Below are positions 36,495 to 49,625 of a stretch of DNA of 62,329 nt, piece by piece. The notes under the pieces were generated by a model that worked only from the letters and a program-made list of their open reading frames with translations, made no database searches and had not been told where the DNA came from. The stretch is from the NCBI RefSeq assembly GCF_026571515.1, contig NW_026857622.1, positions 62,001 to 124,329 of the forward strand, written 5' to 3'. Made by a program: the position numbers and the translations under genes. The stretch comes from Ruditapes philippinarum (taxonomy: Eukaryota). Numbering within the stretch: position 1 is the first letter of the stretch; every line of letters begins with the position of its first letter.

Positions 36495-38237
36495 CTGAAA
36501 AAAAACGTGTTGTATTTCTTTATATTTTGTAAATGATTTTTATTACACCTATGGAAAGAATTCAAAGTTAAAATGTGGTGCACTTTTTCGTTTGCACCTA
36601 GAATATCAGCTTTAAGGAACTCCACTGAGGTCTAAAAGCCTAAAAACATAAAATTTGAATTTCTTGCATAGATGAGCAGAGGCACTTAAAACAGAAAGAT
36701 ATGCAGAAGATAATTAAGAAATACACTCAAAAATAAATTAAAAATCGTATTTTTGTGATATTCTTAGCCAAATTTGAGTGAAAAGCCGTCTTGGTCATTT
36801 GTAACAATTAAAATATCTACCATGGAAAAACGAAATAAGCGAATGATCTGAAATTTTATTGGTCTAAACATATATCAAATGGAGCATTTATCTCGAAAAA
36901 TTATATCCGGTCCCGTCATGTCAAAAAAAACTCAGTTGAGTCTCTTTAAATCTTTTAATGTTGAGTCTCTTTAAATCTTTTAAACAATTTGTAAATTGAA
37001 TCTCGACAATGTGGGACTTACTTCATTGTGAAATCGTAGTAAAAAAAACTAGAACTGTACTTGCGTTATTTCATATATCTTTGTATATTTCGAAAACCAG
37101 AATATGGTATACGACAGATGTTTATGTCAGTTATGGTGTTCCATAAGGACCATCGTTTTTATCGTCATTTCAAAATTTGATATATTTCTGGATTATTATT
37201 ACGAGAAACGTATCCTAGACAATTCATTATAACCTGCTTCAATCAGTATTATTGGTCTCGTGCGCGCGTGTTTTGTTGCGTAAGCTTTTGTCAGCTCGGA
37301 CAGCTGTTGATGATAAAACATAAATAAACTTTTAATATTTGGTAACATGTTGGTATTGATCCATTGGCAAGGGCGTCGTCATAATATAACTCAGATTTAT
37401 GGTGTATCACAAATTACAATGAATCAGAATGCAAGCATCGATAGCCTATTTATTTGCATTACGCATATTTGTCATTTCGCTTTTGAAAGCGACGTTTCGC
37501 ATTTCTAGTAAACTTTGAAAACGGAATCAGTCAATAATATGGTTTCTAAGAAATGGTAAATCATCGCAATGCCATCAATTTCTTTCTTCTATCTACATTA
37601 AAAGAAAAAATATTAACATCGCGTTTTTGTTTTTTTTTTTTTTTTTTTTTGCCTTTTCGCGTTAAAAAAAGACATTTTGCATTTCTAGTTTTTAATGTAA
37701 AATTAACACATTGTATTGATCCAGGAAAGGCGTCGTTCATAATACGAGTCACTCAGATTTACGATGCATTACAAAATCACAATGATTCAGAATACAAATA
37801 TCTAATGATCGGTAGCGTATTTGTTTGCATTTCAATGGCATATTTGCCATTTCGTATTTAAAAGCGACATTTCGCATTTCTATTAAACTTTGAGTACGGA
37901 ATCAATCAGTAGTGTGGTTTCTAAGTATGGTAAAATATTGCAATGTTTTATATTATGTACAATAGATTTGTAAAATATGTTTTTTTTTCTATGTACTTTT
38001 AATGAAAAGTCTTTACATTGGGAATGTTTGCCATTTCGCGTTTGAAGCGACATTTCGCATTTGTGGTTCACTTTGGAAACGGAATCCAATACTGATTACA
38101 GTTATAAGAAATATTAATTATTGCAATGGTTTAAGAGTCACATCAATTTGTCTTTTATGAACATCAAATGAAAAATGTCTACATTGCGAGTATTTACCTT
38201 TCAGCGTTTAAAGCGCCATTTCGCATTTCCAGTAATT

Positions 38238-39720
38238 GTTTATGCCGGCTCGCCACGGCGAGCCGGTATTACGGTAGGATTTTACTGAGAAACAACCTAA
38301 AACTCCGAAGCTATCCAAAAATTTAATCGAAGCTTGGCTTCCAGCTTTCTACAAAATTTATCTATCAGGGCTAGGATCCAAAATTATTTAGCCAATCAAA
38401 TTTAATCTTACAAAGCGTCAAAAAACCTTCAATTTTCACGCCATTTTTAAAAATCAGCAAGTATTGTTTTGAGCGCAAAGATATAATGATGATTAAAATG
38501 TTTGTCTTTATGAATTCTTTTCAATAAATCATATTTACACTGACTTCTGATTTAGCGATTTCACCTGTTTTCTCTGTAGTAAGTTTTCGTTTGGTTAATT
38601 AACATAAGTGTACATCTGGTTCTGTGCATTTTATATTTTTCCTTTTTTCCGGTCATTTTATCCTTTCCGGTATTTAGTGTATGTATTTACTGGCCGGGAT
38701 CCGGGACGCCCGGGATCCGGGATCAAGATATGGAGGAAAAACCTAATGAACTATATTTGTGTTGATTGTTGTCGTAATGAAAGGCCATTAAACGTTAATT
38801 TTTTATTGTATATAATGAACGTTAAATTAATTTAACTTATAATATAGATATATTTAGAGCTATTTATTAACAAACTTAAAATGCGGAAATCACAATACTT
38901 AATTATATGCCTAATTAATTGGAAAAATCAAAGACTATTTTCTTGAATTGGTCAAATCCCGGGATCCCTATATGTTTTAAAACGATCCCAGCTTTCTGAA
39001 AACTATATACTTGAACTGGCCAATCCGTGAGATCTATTTACATTTTAATACGATCCCGGCTTTTCTGAAAACTATATTCTTGAACTGGTCAATTCCCGGG
39101 ATCCCTATATGTTTTAATAGGATCCCGGCTTATCTGAAAAACATCTTCTTAGACTGGTCAATTTCCGGGATCCCTATATTTTTAATAGGATCCCGGCTTT
39201 TCTGGCTGAATTGATTGACAACTTGTGTTTACTTTAGGACTTGTGCCTCTCATTCCAATACTAAATAACATACATGTATTACAACTTAATTTTGTATAAA
39301 GAGACATCTTTATGAAATCTACCTATCTATTATTTTGTGGTCAAGGTCAACAGGCCATATAGTAAATGTGCATAGACATAGGTTCTTCATTCAATCTGTT
39401 TACATGCACCTTCATATATACTCATACTCATCTTGGTTAAACTGAGAGAACTTTATATGTCACTTTCAGTCAATGAGTTTAAGATTTTGAATTTACTGGC
39501 CCGAATTCCAGTTTTGAATTTATTCTACTAAATAATTAACAAAATTTTCTTAAATTTACACTGGCCTGAACTTATATACACTGGCCATCGGGCACCGGGC
39601 CAGTGTTGACTTCACTTTTATTTTGATGTTCGCTGAAGTCTCTTCAGCTAACAGAACTGTCATTTTTACATTTAAACACACCCCTTGAAAAAAATTACGA
39701 AGCGAGTCGCTACTAGCTTT
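38238..39720 (+). mobile_element. Helitron/Helentron-like non-autonomous element with four ~68-bp internal repeats (38940-39200)
   Basis: 5' hairpin CCGGCTCGCC-AC-GGCGAGCCGG, 3' GCGAGTCGC-TACTAG end; interrupts an older GCGACATTTCGCATTT repeat array. Confidence 0.5.
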
Positions 39721-41041
39721 TTTAAAAGCTAACCTTGTACGAAATTTATAATACGTTTTCCAAGTCTTGTAAAGTAACGCAATGGTTTATTGATCCAATT
39801 TTTTCTCCTCCATGTCATGCGAGTATTTGCCTTTTCGTATTTGAAGCGACGTTTCGCATTTCTCGAAATTTTGATCCCGAAATAAAAATATGCTTCCTAG
39901 GTGTTGTGAATCATTGCAATTAAATATTTCTAATATTTGGGGTTTTTTACGTAGCTAATAACTAAAATGTATTTTTGTGCGCTGCTTTAATTTGTCATTT
40001 CGTGTTTTAAGCGATACTTCGCATTTCTACTCTTTTTGAATCCGAAAATGGTATGATTACAATGTACAGTAAGTAAATGACCATAATTGTGTTATAATGT
40101 ATATCATTTTTATTATTATTTTATTATTTTGATATCATACATGACAACGAATTACGAATTGATGTCCAGTATTACATATCTATATAGAGCGAATAATAAA
40201 GTGTTCTATAAAGTTTTCTAGAACAAACTATTTTTCGCTATCAAATAAATGTTAAAATTAAATCATATAGAACCTTTTCAACATTTTTCATATTCTAATT
40301 ATCTTTTTTCATTTTCTAATTACTAGTATCCAATGGATAAATTTCTATTGTTTTTATCGGTTTGAAAATATCGTGAAAAAGTTCCCTTTATGGACCAATC
40401 TACTTTAAAATGTATATTAAACCCTTACTTCATATATACGCGAAACAACGTACTTTTGATCCCCCCCCCCCCCTCTTTAAGGCCTCAAATAGTGAAAAAA
40501 TGTCCTGTTTGGGCCCAAAACACATGTTTTCGTTTGAGAAATGTTGATAAAAAAATGAGCACTTTTTCGGCGCTGCCCCAATCCAAAAGGTACATCAGGG
40601 GGTTGCCAGAAGGGGGATGTGCCCCCTTTTGTTTGGGGGGGGGTTGAAGGGGTTGGTAGTCCCCCTCATCGCCAAGAAAATTTTGGACTTGTGAGACAGG
40701 TCGATCATAAAGCAACGTGTAACCAACGCTGAAAAGCCTTTGACTCTATCTGAATCCATTGAAAAGTTGCAGCACTTTGAAATCAATTTTGATGGAAAAA
40801 CTCAATGCAAAATAGAGATTTTGGGCAATTTTGATATGTCCCCTCGTTGCCATGGTAACAGGAAATTTAAGACTGAGCATGTTGTTACAAAGGCAATTGT
40901 CTAGACAACATTTGTGCCAAGTTTGATTAGTATTGAAGAAGTTTTTATAGTTTTATAGCAATTTGAACTTGTAACGGGAGACTTTTCAGTTAAAACAGCC
41001 ATTTTTCACAAAATGCTCATGAAGTAATGGATTAAACTTAC

Positions 41042-41286
41042 CAGACGGTGTTGTTGGAGCGATTGTCGTTGGGCTTACGTATTCACATGTGGGAGTTGCA
41101 GCAGACCAGGTACCATTCTGTTGACACGTCAGCTCGTTTTCACCAAACAGTTTATGTGACGTGTTTGCTAGGCACGTGATTGTCACTCTGGTACCCGGCG
41201 TCGCTCGTATGTGCTGAGAACCAGCGATTTTATGTTGTCTATCGTAATAATGTCTGGCCGAGGTTTTGCCAGTTCTGGGCATAACA
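41042..41286 (-). CDS. Sushi/CCP domain exon of a single-pass membrane protein (1-nt frameshift as assembled)
   Basis: ttcag|LCPELAKPRPDIITIDNIKSLVLSTYER / (frameshift near 41201) TPGTRVTITCLANTSHKLFGENELTCQQNGTWSAATPTCEYVSPTTIAPTTPS|gtaagt. Four Cys, L.G...TC..NG.WS...P.C. Exon is 245 nt where 246 is expected for phase 1-1. Confidence 0.85.
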
Positions 41287-42789
41287 CTGAAAGAAAAAAT
41301 AGGAAGATTGTTTCACACAATGTGTAACCCTGGTCCTCATATCCCGGCAAAAGTGGAGAATACGGTGGCTGATTTGTGTCATGCCGTATATTCGCTTCGC
41401 GAGGTGCAAGACGAAGACACGAGGATACGACAAAGTGGTGACATTGTCGTATTTTCGTGTTTTCGCCTGGCGATCCTCGTGTCGAAAATAAGACTGGCGC
41501 TCCGCAAAGTGAAAGGTGAAAACACGAAAATACGACAAAGTGTTTTTGCCTTGTGTCCCGCGGAGCGAAAGTACGGCACTGTGGGATGGTCGTATTTCAA
41601 ACTATTTTACCGACACAATTTCAACCACTTCCTCGAAAATGGGCGCCGGGATTACATTTGACGTCGGCATATCTAATTAAATATAAAATGTATTCGTCAT
41701 TAAATGATAAATAGACATACAATGTACCATTCGGAACTGCCTCGGCTATTATCTATATTATCCGAAGACTGACGGAAAGAGCCGAGTAGTTGCGATTGAC
41801 AATGTAGGTTCCATATGCTTCCAAGAAAAAGAGATACGCGAAAAGACGATAATAACCGTAAAGGGGCTTCTTTTAACTCTCTTTTTGTTTTTGGTTGAAT
41901 GCTCCTCGGCGGCTCATTTTTTATTTCAGTTCATTTCTCCCCGTAAAAAGAATTGTGTGTCACTTTTTAATTTATCATAGTTTTTTTTTCTTTCTAATTT
42001 TCAGATATATAAAACGACATTTCAGGGCGTTGTCTCCTTTCAAATCCATGTTAAATTTCGAAATAAAAATGTTTTATAGGCTGCTTCGGGGCTTGAGATT
42101 ATGTAAAATGTAATAACTGACATTTTTTACAATTTAATAGTCTTACATTGCATTTTGTGCGCACAGTAAATATGCCATATATTTAAAGTATACAAAAAAT
42201 ATAGCAATATGAGCTAAACAAAAATGAATTTTATACCTTCTTCTACGAAACCTGTTTGTCATTATTATACGAACATGAAGACTTGCAACATTAAATGTAT
42301 ATGCGTATCAATCAATCAATTTTATTGTACGTTTAAATACGTTATTAAAGGAGGTGCAAAAGCCTAAAACATTAATTTGAATTTCTTATATGTATAGATC
42401 TGTTGGGGCATTTAAAACAGAAACATATGTAGAAGATAATTTAAAAAAAAATACTTAGAAATAAATTGAAAATCGTATTTATTGACCTTTTCTTATACCG
42501 ATTACAGTGAAAAGGGGTACAGCGTTTTTCAATTATATTAAGTCATTCTCCACAATCATTCCGGGCGAATGGTCTGAAATTTTACACATAAGTTATTGGT
42601 TTAAACCTACATTAAATGGAACATAGACATCGAAAAATTATTTCCAGTCCTGTCACGGCAAATGTTTCAGATGTTTTCCGGTTATATGACCCGATGTAAA
42701 CGGTTGGTATATTACCATAGTCATTAGGTGACGGTTATATTGCAAACAACCATAGCCAATTTACTACAGTTATAACACTGGAAACAGCA

Positions 42790-43385
42790 TTGGTGGCACT
42801 ATACAATCAAAGCACAGAAGGCGCTGAATTTGTTTGGGTCTCAGAATGTCAGAAATGTGAAGGTTGTGAGATTATAAACCAATTTGTTTTTGTGTAGTGC
42901 CACCAATGCTTTCCAGTGTTTAACTGTAGTAAATTGGCTATAAGACTTATTGCAACACTGATATTCAATTCAATGTTTATTTTATTTATTTTTTTTTTTT
43001 TTTTGAAAAATGAGTTACCGCAAATTGGATTCGAACTCCAGGCCTCTCGATTCCTAAGCGAGCGTGCAAACCCCTCGGGCAAGGTGAAGTTATATATTAA
43101 CGGCCTGAAGAAAACCATATTATTCTAAATTAGGGTTTGTAACTCTTATCCTGTTGTTTAACACAGATGTAAATAATCATGGAGCTAACTATAAGCATGT
43201 ATATCTATAAAGAATAAAACAATATTAGGGAATATTCGACCATTCAGGAACTATTTTGTTTGAAAATTAATGCGCCTGTCATTTGGCAATCTTTACGCAG
43301 TGATCTCCCCTGAATTTTTCGGCGTTAGTGTACATATAAAGGGAAGTAACCGCTTCGAAAAAGCGGACTACTTTCGGCATTTGCA
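42790..43385 (-). mobile_element. Second copy of the 7312-7900 dispersed repeat
   Basis: Reverse complement of the 7312-7900 segment. Confidence 0.8.
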
Positions 43386-45661
43386 ATTAACAGCATCAGG
43401 GTCTTTTATTCTGTGTATATGCTGAATTTAGAAGAAAGTAGTCCGGCAAGACAACAGTGAAAATAAGAAAAATATGTTTCACTGCAATGAAAAATAAATT
43501 TTTGCAGTGAAACTACGGAAAATGAAAATACCCATTTTATTTCATCAATATTTCTTATTATTTCATTTATAAGTATATATAATACATTACTTTATTTGCT
43601 TATTTGATACCATTTTTTTAATTCTAGAGAATTCAAAACTTTCAAATAATCGTATCGTATGAACATTTATGACTCTGGAGGCGTGTCTACTCAACTTTTA
43701 ACTTAAATCTAATTTAATTATTGTAATTAAAGCCGTGATCTTCTGTGGGGAATGATTAGATATTCTCCAAACATTTATACATATATCTTCAAAGAATTTG
43801 TTTGTGGGAAAATTTATCCTAAACCCAGTTTGTTCGATTAAATACACCCATAAAAATAACAATAAAAATAATAAGAAATGGAGCTGCAAATCTATTCTAA
43901 GCCGAAACATATGGTACATATGACAATGGATGGTTGCTAAGTAACGCGACAGCTTGCCAAAGAAGGTAACTCAAATATTATAATGAAATTTGTTAAAACT
44001 ACGGAGTAATGTTTGGGTCACAATTTTTGTCGCGTGTTGTCAATGTAAATTCAAATTTCTTGCAATGATAATATTATCAGATATAAGTTAAAATTATCAT
44101 TGTTATGATTTTTTCCTGATTGCTTAAACATTTTTTCCGATCATATTGGATGTATACGTTAGTGTATAGGATCCGATTACACCGTTTCATCGGATATTGA
44201 CGACCAATCGGAACATCTCGGCTATTATTAATAATAACCCCGGACTTAATACGGAATATCCGAAGTTTGACGACATTATTCGGTATAGCTCCGTCAATTT
44301 ACGAAATCGAATAGAACCGTCTGTTTATTATTACTCTCCGTGATAATCTCATTAAAAAAGAAATAATATATCAAGAGAACAGGGATACAGTTACTAACTA
44401 TTATGCGCGCAAATAAAATATTTATAGACAATATATTATAAATACGGAAATGAAATTTACATATGACGCAATAGTTAAAACAACACTGATATAAACTTTT
44501 GACAAAACGTTTTGTTGATCCATATATCATAAATTCAATCCTTGGCACATAACATTCATAAACAAAACGTCAAACATTATGATGAATGCATACCTGATCA
44601 CTACACTGCGTGATCTTTAATTTGTCATTTTATTGCGTTGGGTTAATTTGGCTTATGTACCGCCCATTTGAATCAACTTTACATTAATGTGAGGAAAATT
44701 CAATGTCTTAAAAGCATTGAATTCAATGTTTTAAAAACATAGATACCAAAAGACAAACTTAAATTAAACATATATGTATACAACACTTTTATTATTTATA
44801 TATTCTACCTTATAGTAACTTAATTAATTACTTTTTTATTTACTATACGTTATACATACATGTAATGTCATATTAAAATAATAAGTAATTAAGGAAATAA
44901 AAATACGCGTCCCGACATTTTGGTTGCTTCATTTTCGTAAATGAGGTTACAAAAAACACAACGTTTTGCAATGTAGATGTTTATGTACATGTTTGCAGCT
45001 TGATTAATACATACGTTTATTTAATAGAATAGTTCATTGTTATACATCATATAAACTATATTCCTACGTAATAGATAATGATTTATGCAATGATGCTGCT
45101 GATGATCNNNNNNNNNNNNNNNNNNNNNNNNNNNNNNNNNNNNNNNNNNNNNNNNNNNNNNNNNNNNNNNNNNNNNNNNNNNNNNNNNNNNNNNNNNNNN
45201 NNNNNNNNNNNNNNNNNNNNNNNNNNNNNNNNNNNNNNNNNNNNNNNNNNNNNNNNNNNNNNNNNNNNNNNNNNNNNNNNNNNNNNNNNNNNNNNNNNNN
45301 NNNNNNNNNNNNNNNNNNNNNNNNNNNNNNNNNNNNNNNNNNNNNNNNNNNNNNNNNNNNNNNNNNNNNNNNNNNNNNNNNNNNNNNNNNNNNNNNNNNN
45401 NNNNNNNNNNNNNNNNNNNNNNNNNNNNNNNNNNNNGAGGGTGCTAGTGGTGACGGTGAAAGTGGTGGTGAAGGTGCTTAAAATGATATTAATTATAATA
45501 GAAATGATAATGGTAATGATGATGATCTTGATGATAATGATGATGATGGTTGTGGTGGTGGTTTTAAAGTTGTTGGTATGTATTTTTTATAATAACGTTT
45601 TAGTGATGTTGATATAAAAATATACAAATGATGAAGTTGAGTTGAATATAAAATGACTTAC

Positions 45662-45720
45662 CATTAGCCATGTATAATCCAAATTTTATAATTATATTTT
45701 AAATAAAACTGTATGTCCAT
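45662..45720 (-). CDS. Probable first coding exon (signal peptide) of the sushi-domain membrane protein
   Basis: Strong donor G|GTAAGT preceded by ...FGLYMAN (phase 1, matching the sushi exon). ATG at 45720 (MDIQFYL) is 1 nt out of frame across an A/T homopolymer run. Confidence 0.45.
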
Positions 45721-46029
45721 TTCAAATAAAGTCTGAGTAACCGGGATGTATTTAATGCATTAATACCTATACACAGTTGTCTCGCGACAGCTGACTGACC
45801 TAACCACATTCTGAATCATGGTGTATGAATCTATAAACACTGGAACTACATAACAGATGAATTAAAGCAACATTCTCGTATATGGATAAATATTGACGTA
45901 GAATTCTAAGCGTGCGCCGCTCGCTAAACAAGTCATAATACGGAGGCTACCTAGGGTAAATAAGAGTAACCGCATCTTGTTAATCAAAATTTAAAGCTTT
46001 AGAGTAATCTAGTTTACATGTAGTTCCTT

Positions 46030-46063
<34 letters not shown>

Positions 46064-46920
46064 CTATAATCATCATCATCACTTCCAAAATGTGCTTCTC
46101 ACAACTTAACATCAAGCTGTCGGTCCTTATTATTTGCATATACTCTAGAAGTTGTCGGCCCTTATCAATCAAATCTACATTCGTACACACAAAGTTGTCG
46201 TCCCTGATTATTTGCATATCTGTCTTTATTTATTCACAACTCACATCATTCTGTAAGCAATAATGTTATCACCAAACGGAAATAAAATCAAAACATTTTG
46301 ACACTCCGGTAAAAAGGAATCATGAAAAATTGGCGAGGCATACAAAAAGACTGACGTCGAATAGAAACAATTTTTTTCAACGTTCTTGCCTTGTTAGAAA
46401 AACAAGTTTTCCCCTGATCATTACATCACATTAGAGGATATTCAAGTTTCTTCTATAAAAATAGAATTTATTTTCATCGAGTGGTATGAAAATAAAATAT
46501 TTCACGAGTGGCAGTAGCCGAAACAAGATGAAAACAAATCCTGTATTAATTGAAAAAAAACAAGTTTTAATTTTCTGTTTATTATATACTTTTTCTCTTT
46601 TTTCTAACCTTATGAATAGAAGGAATTTCCTTTTAATTTTGTGTACTGGCTGAATTTAGGAGTAATTAGTCCGGCAAGACACCAGTGAAAGTACGGAAAA
46701 TATGTTTCACTACAGTGAAATATAAATATTTACATAGAAAATACGAGAAATAAAAATACGCATTTTATATCATCAAAATTTTGTAAGGTCAATTATTTTT
46801 GCAATTCATGCATATGATAACACAGTGTATCAATATTGTACGGCATTCTTGGCCGAGTGGTTAAGGTTGTTGACTTCAAACCACTTGTCCCACGCCGCTG
46901 TGGGTTCGAGATGGCACATG

Positions 46921-47690
46921 TACGGAAGACGGCTAGGGTCATTTCATCAATTTAACTTCACGATTTAAGATTTTATCTTCATGACTTCACGATTTCAGCC
47001 TCACAAGAACACGAATTCACGATTTCACACGATAACACGAATTCACGATTTCACACGAGAACACGAATTCACGATTTCAGCCTCACGAGAACACGAATTC
47101 ACGATTTCATACGAGAACACAAATTCACGATTTCACACGAGAACACGAATTCGCGATTTCAGCCTCACGAGAACACGAATTCACGATTTCAGCCTCACGA
47201 AAACACGAATTCACGATTTCACACAAGAACACGAATTCACGATTTCAGCCTCACGAGAACACGAATTCACGATTTCAACGTCACGAAATTAACTTCATGA
47301 ATTCACGTTTTGAACTTCACGATTTCAACTTTATTAACTTCACGTAATCAAGATTTCAACTTCATAAAGTCAGCTTTACGAACTATAACGTTTTGAACTT
47401 CACGAATTCGACTTCATGAATTCATAATTTCAAATTCTTGATCGTGAATTTAAAAAGAAGAAATCGTGAGTTCATAGAGATGAACTCGTAGACTAATAAA
47501 GATTAAATCGTGATTTCATGAAAATAAAATCGTGACAACGTGAAATTGTGAAGTTGTAATCGTGAATTCATGAAGCTGAAATTGTGAAAACTTGAAATCG
47601 CGTGTAAATTAAGTGTGAGTTGAAAACGTGAAATCTTGAAGCTGAAACCGTGAGTTTGTGAATCTATTATGTCACCACCGGTTTTTCGTA
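46921..47690. mobile_element. TA-flanked foldback element with CACGAATTCACGATTTCA tandem units; related fragment at 48505-48663
   Basis: TACGG..ACGG / CCGGTTTTTCGTA ends; 23/28-bp units on the left and inverted ATCGTGAA units on the right. Confidence 0.65.
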
Positions 47691-49094
47691 CATTTTGTCA
47701 TGTGTTTGACAATATTTCAATATTTTATATAACAATATGACTTTTATATTTCGTAATTATTTAAATATCCCCTATACATTATATTAATATATCATACTCG
47801 ATTATATTTATAACAAAACATGTAAACGAGAGCTATGTTAATCGAAGACTTGTTAATGCTAGCTTGATTGATATTGAAATAATTGAAAAAAAATGTGTCA
47901 ATTAATTCAAATTTAATAAAGTAATCAGTTTAAACGGACTGTGTGTTTTACAAATTATGTCTGTACCAATTTTTTTTATTCTGTTATCTTTGCTCTGGGT
48001 ACAAGTATNNNNNNNNNNNNNNNNNNNNNNNNNNNNNNNNNNNNNNNNNNNNNNNNNNNNNNNNNNNNNNNNNNNNNNNNNNNNNNNNNNNNNNNNNNNN
48101 NNNNNNNNNNNNNNNNNNNNNNNNNNNNNNNNNNNNNNNNNNNNNNNNNNNNNNNNNNNNNNNNNNNNNNNNNNNNNCATCCTCGTCATCAAAATCATCA
48201 TCATTGTTAAAACCATCATCATCATCATCACTTTTTAACTACATTATTTTTATATTTCCCGTCTCCTTGCCATGGATGATGATGTATTATAAATGTGAAA
48301 ATAGGCGGAGTCTAATTTTTTTGGATTTTGATCCGTCTTCATTTATCATTGACAAACATGAAACAAAAATCATCTCAAAATAATGTACGAAAAATGTTAA
48401 ATAATTTAGCTTTTCAACCTATACGTTAATGTTTGGTATTGTATTAATCACCTATGCAAACAAATGAAAAGTTATTTAAGACCAACAACGACCTATTTCA
48501 CTAGTGAATTCATGAAGCTGAAATCGCGAATTCGTGAAGTTGAAATCGTGAATACGTGAATTCCGTATGTTGATAACATGAATTCACGAAGTTAGAATTG
48601 TGAATTCACGAAGATGAAATTGGGAAATCATAAAGTTGAAATGTCTCCACCGGTCTATCGTAGTTAAACGAAATTACTGTACCGTGTCTTACAAGCCTCT
48701 ACAATCAAATGTGTACCATGTCTTGCGATTACAGGTACCTGCTACATCCGGTCACATTACCTATCTTGGGTATACAAAACTTCGCAAGAACAATATTAAC
48801 AGGTCTTGAGGAGTCTGTAAGGATGAAGCTTTTCTTTAAAACCTGTCACCATATGCTTACATTCCAACATTATGAACTTGATTAATTGAGTTAGTTAAAA
48901 GGTTATTATTTATCTAATTAATAACAGTCCTTAATTAGCAAAATTACCTTTTATAATTAGGTAAATATAAACGGTGGGAAATAACAACATGTATCTGTCC
49001 ATTGTCACCAAAGAAAAACTTTTAATAAGTAATCCGCGACACTTTATAACTATTATCATAATTTTCTAATGCGAAAACGCGCAGCGGAGTTTTC

Positions 49095-49625
49095 ATTATG
49101 ACTGAATTTGTGTATGCGATTAGCCCTTTGACTAAATTTGTGTGTAAGGTTTGCCCTGCTTTGACTGAATTTGTTTATAAGACTCACGCTGCTTTGATTG
49201 AATTTGTGCATAAAATTTGCCCTGCTTTGACTGAATTTGTGTATAAGATTTGCCATGCTTTGACTGACTTTGTGTATAGGATTTGCCCTGCTTTGACTGA
49301 ATTTGTGTATAAGATTTGCCCTGCTTTGACTGAATTTGTGTATAAGATTTGCCATGCTTTGACTGAATTTGTGTATGAGATTTGCCATGCTTTGACTGAA
49401 TTTGTGTATAAGATTTTCAAAGCTTTGACTGGATTTGTGTATAAGGTTGGTCTGCTTTGACTGAATTTGTGTATATATAAGGTTTGTCATGCTTTGACTG
49501 AATTTGTGAAAAACGTTTGTGATGCTTTAACTGAATGTGTGTATAAGGTTTCCCATGCTTTGACTTTCAAGACTTCAAAACATTACCTGCGTTGGCTGAA
49601 TTGTGCCCTGCTTTGACTTTTGAGA
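49095..49625. repeat. 33-bp minisatellite (TGCTTTGACTGAATTTGTGTATAAGATTTGCCC)
   Basis: About 14 direct units. Confidence 0.95.

Noticed and set aside
49056-49490. 11-aa repeat ORFs on both strands
   Set aside because: 33-bp minisatellite with no unique flanking coding sequence.
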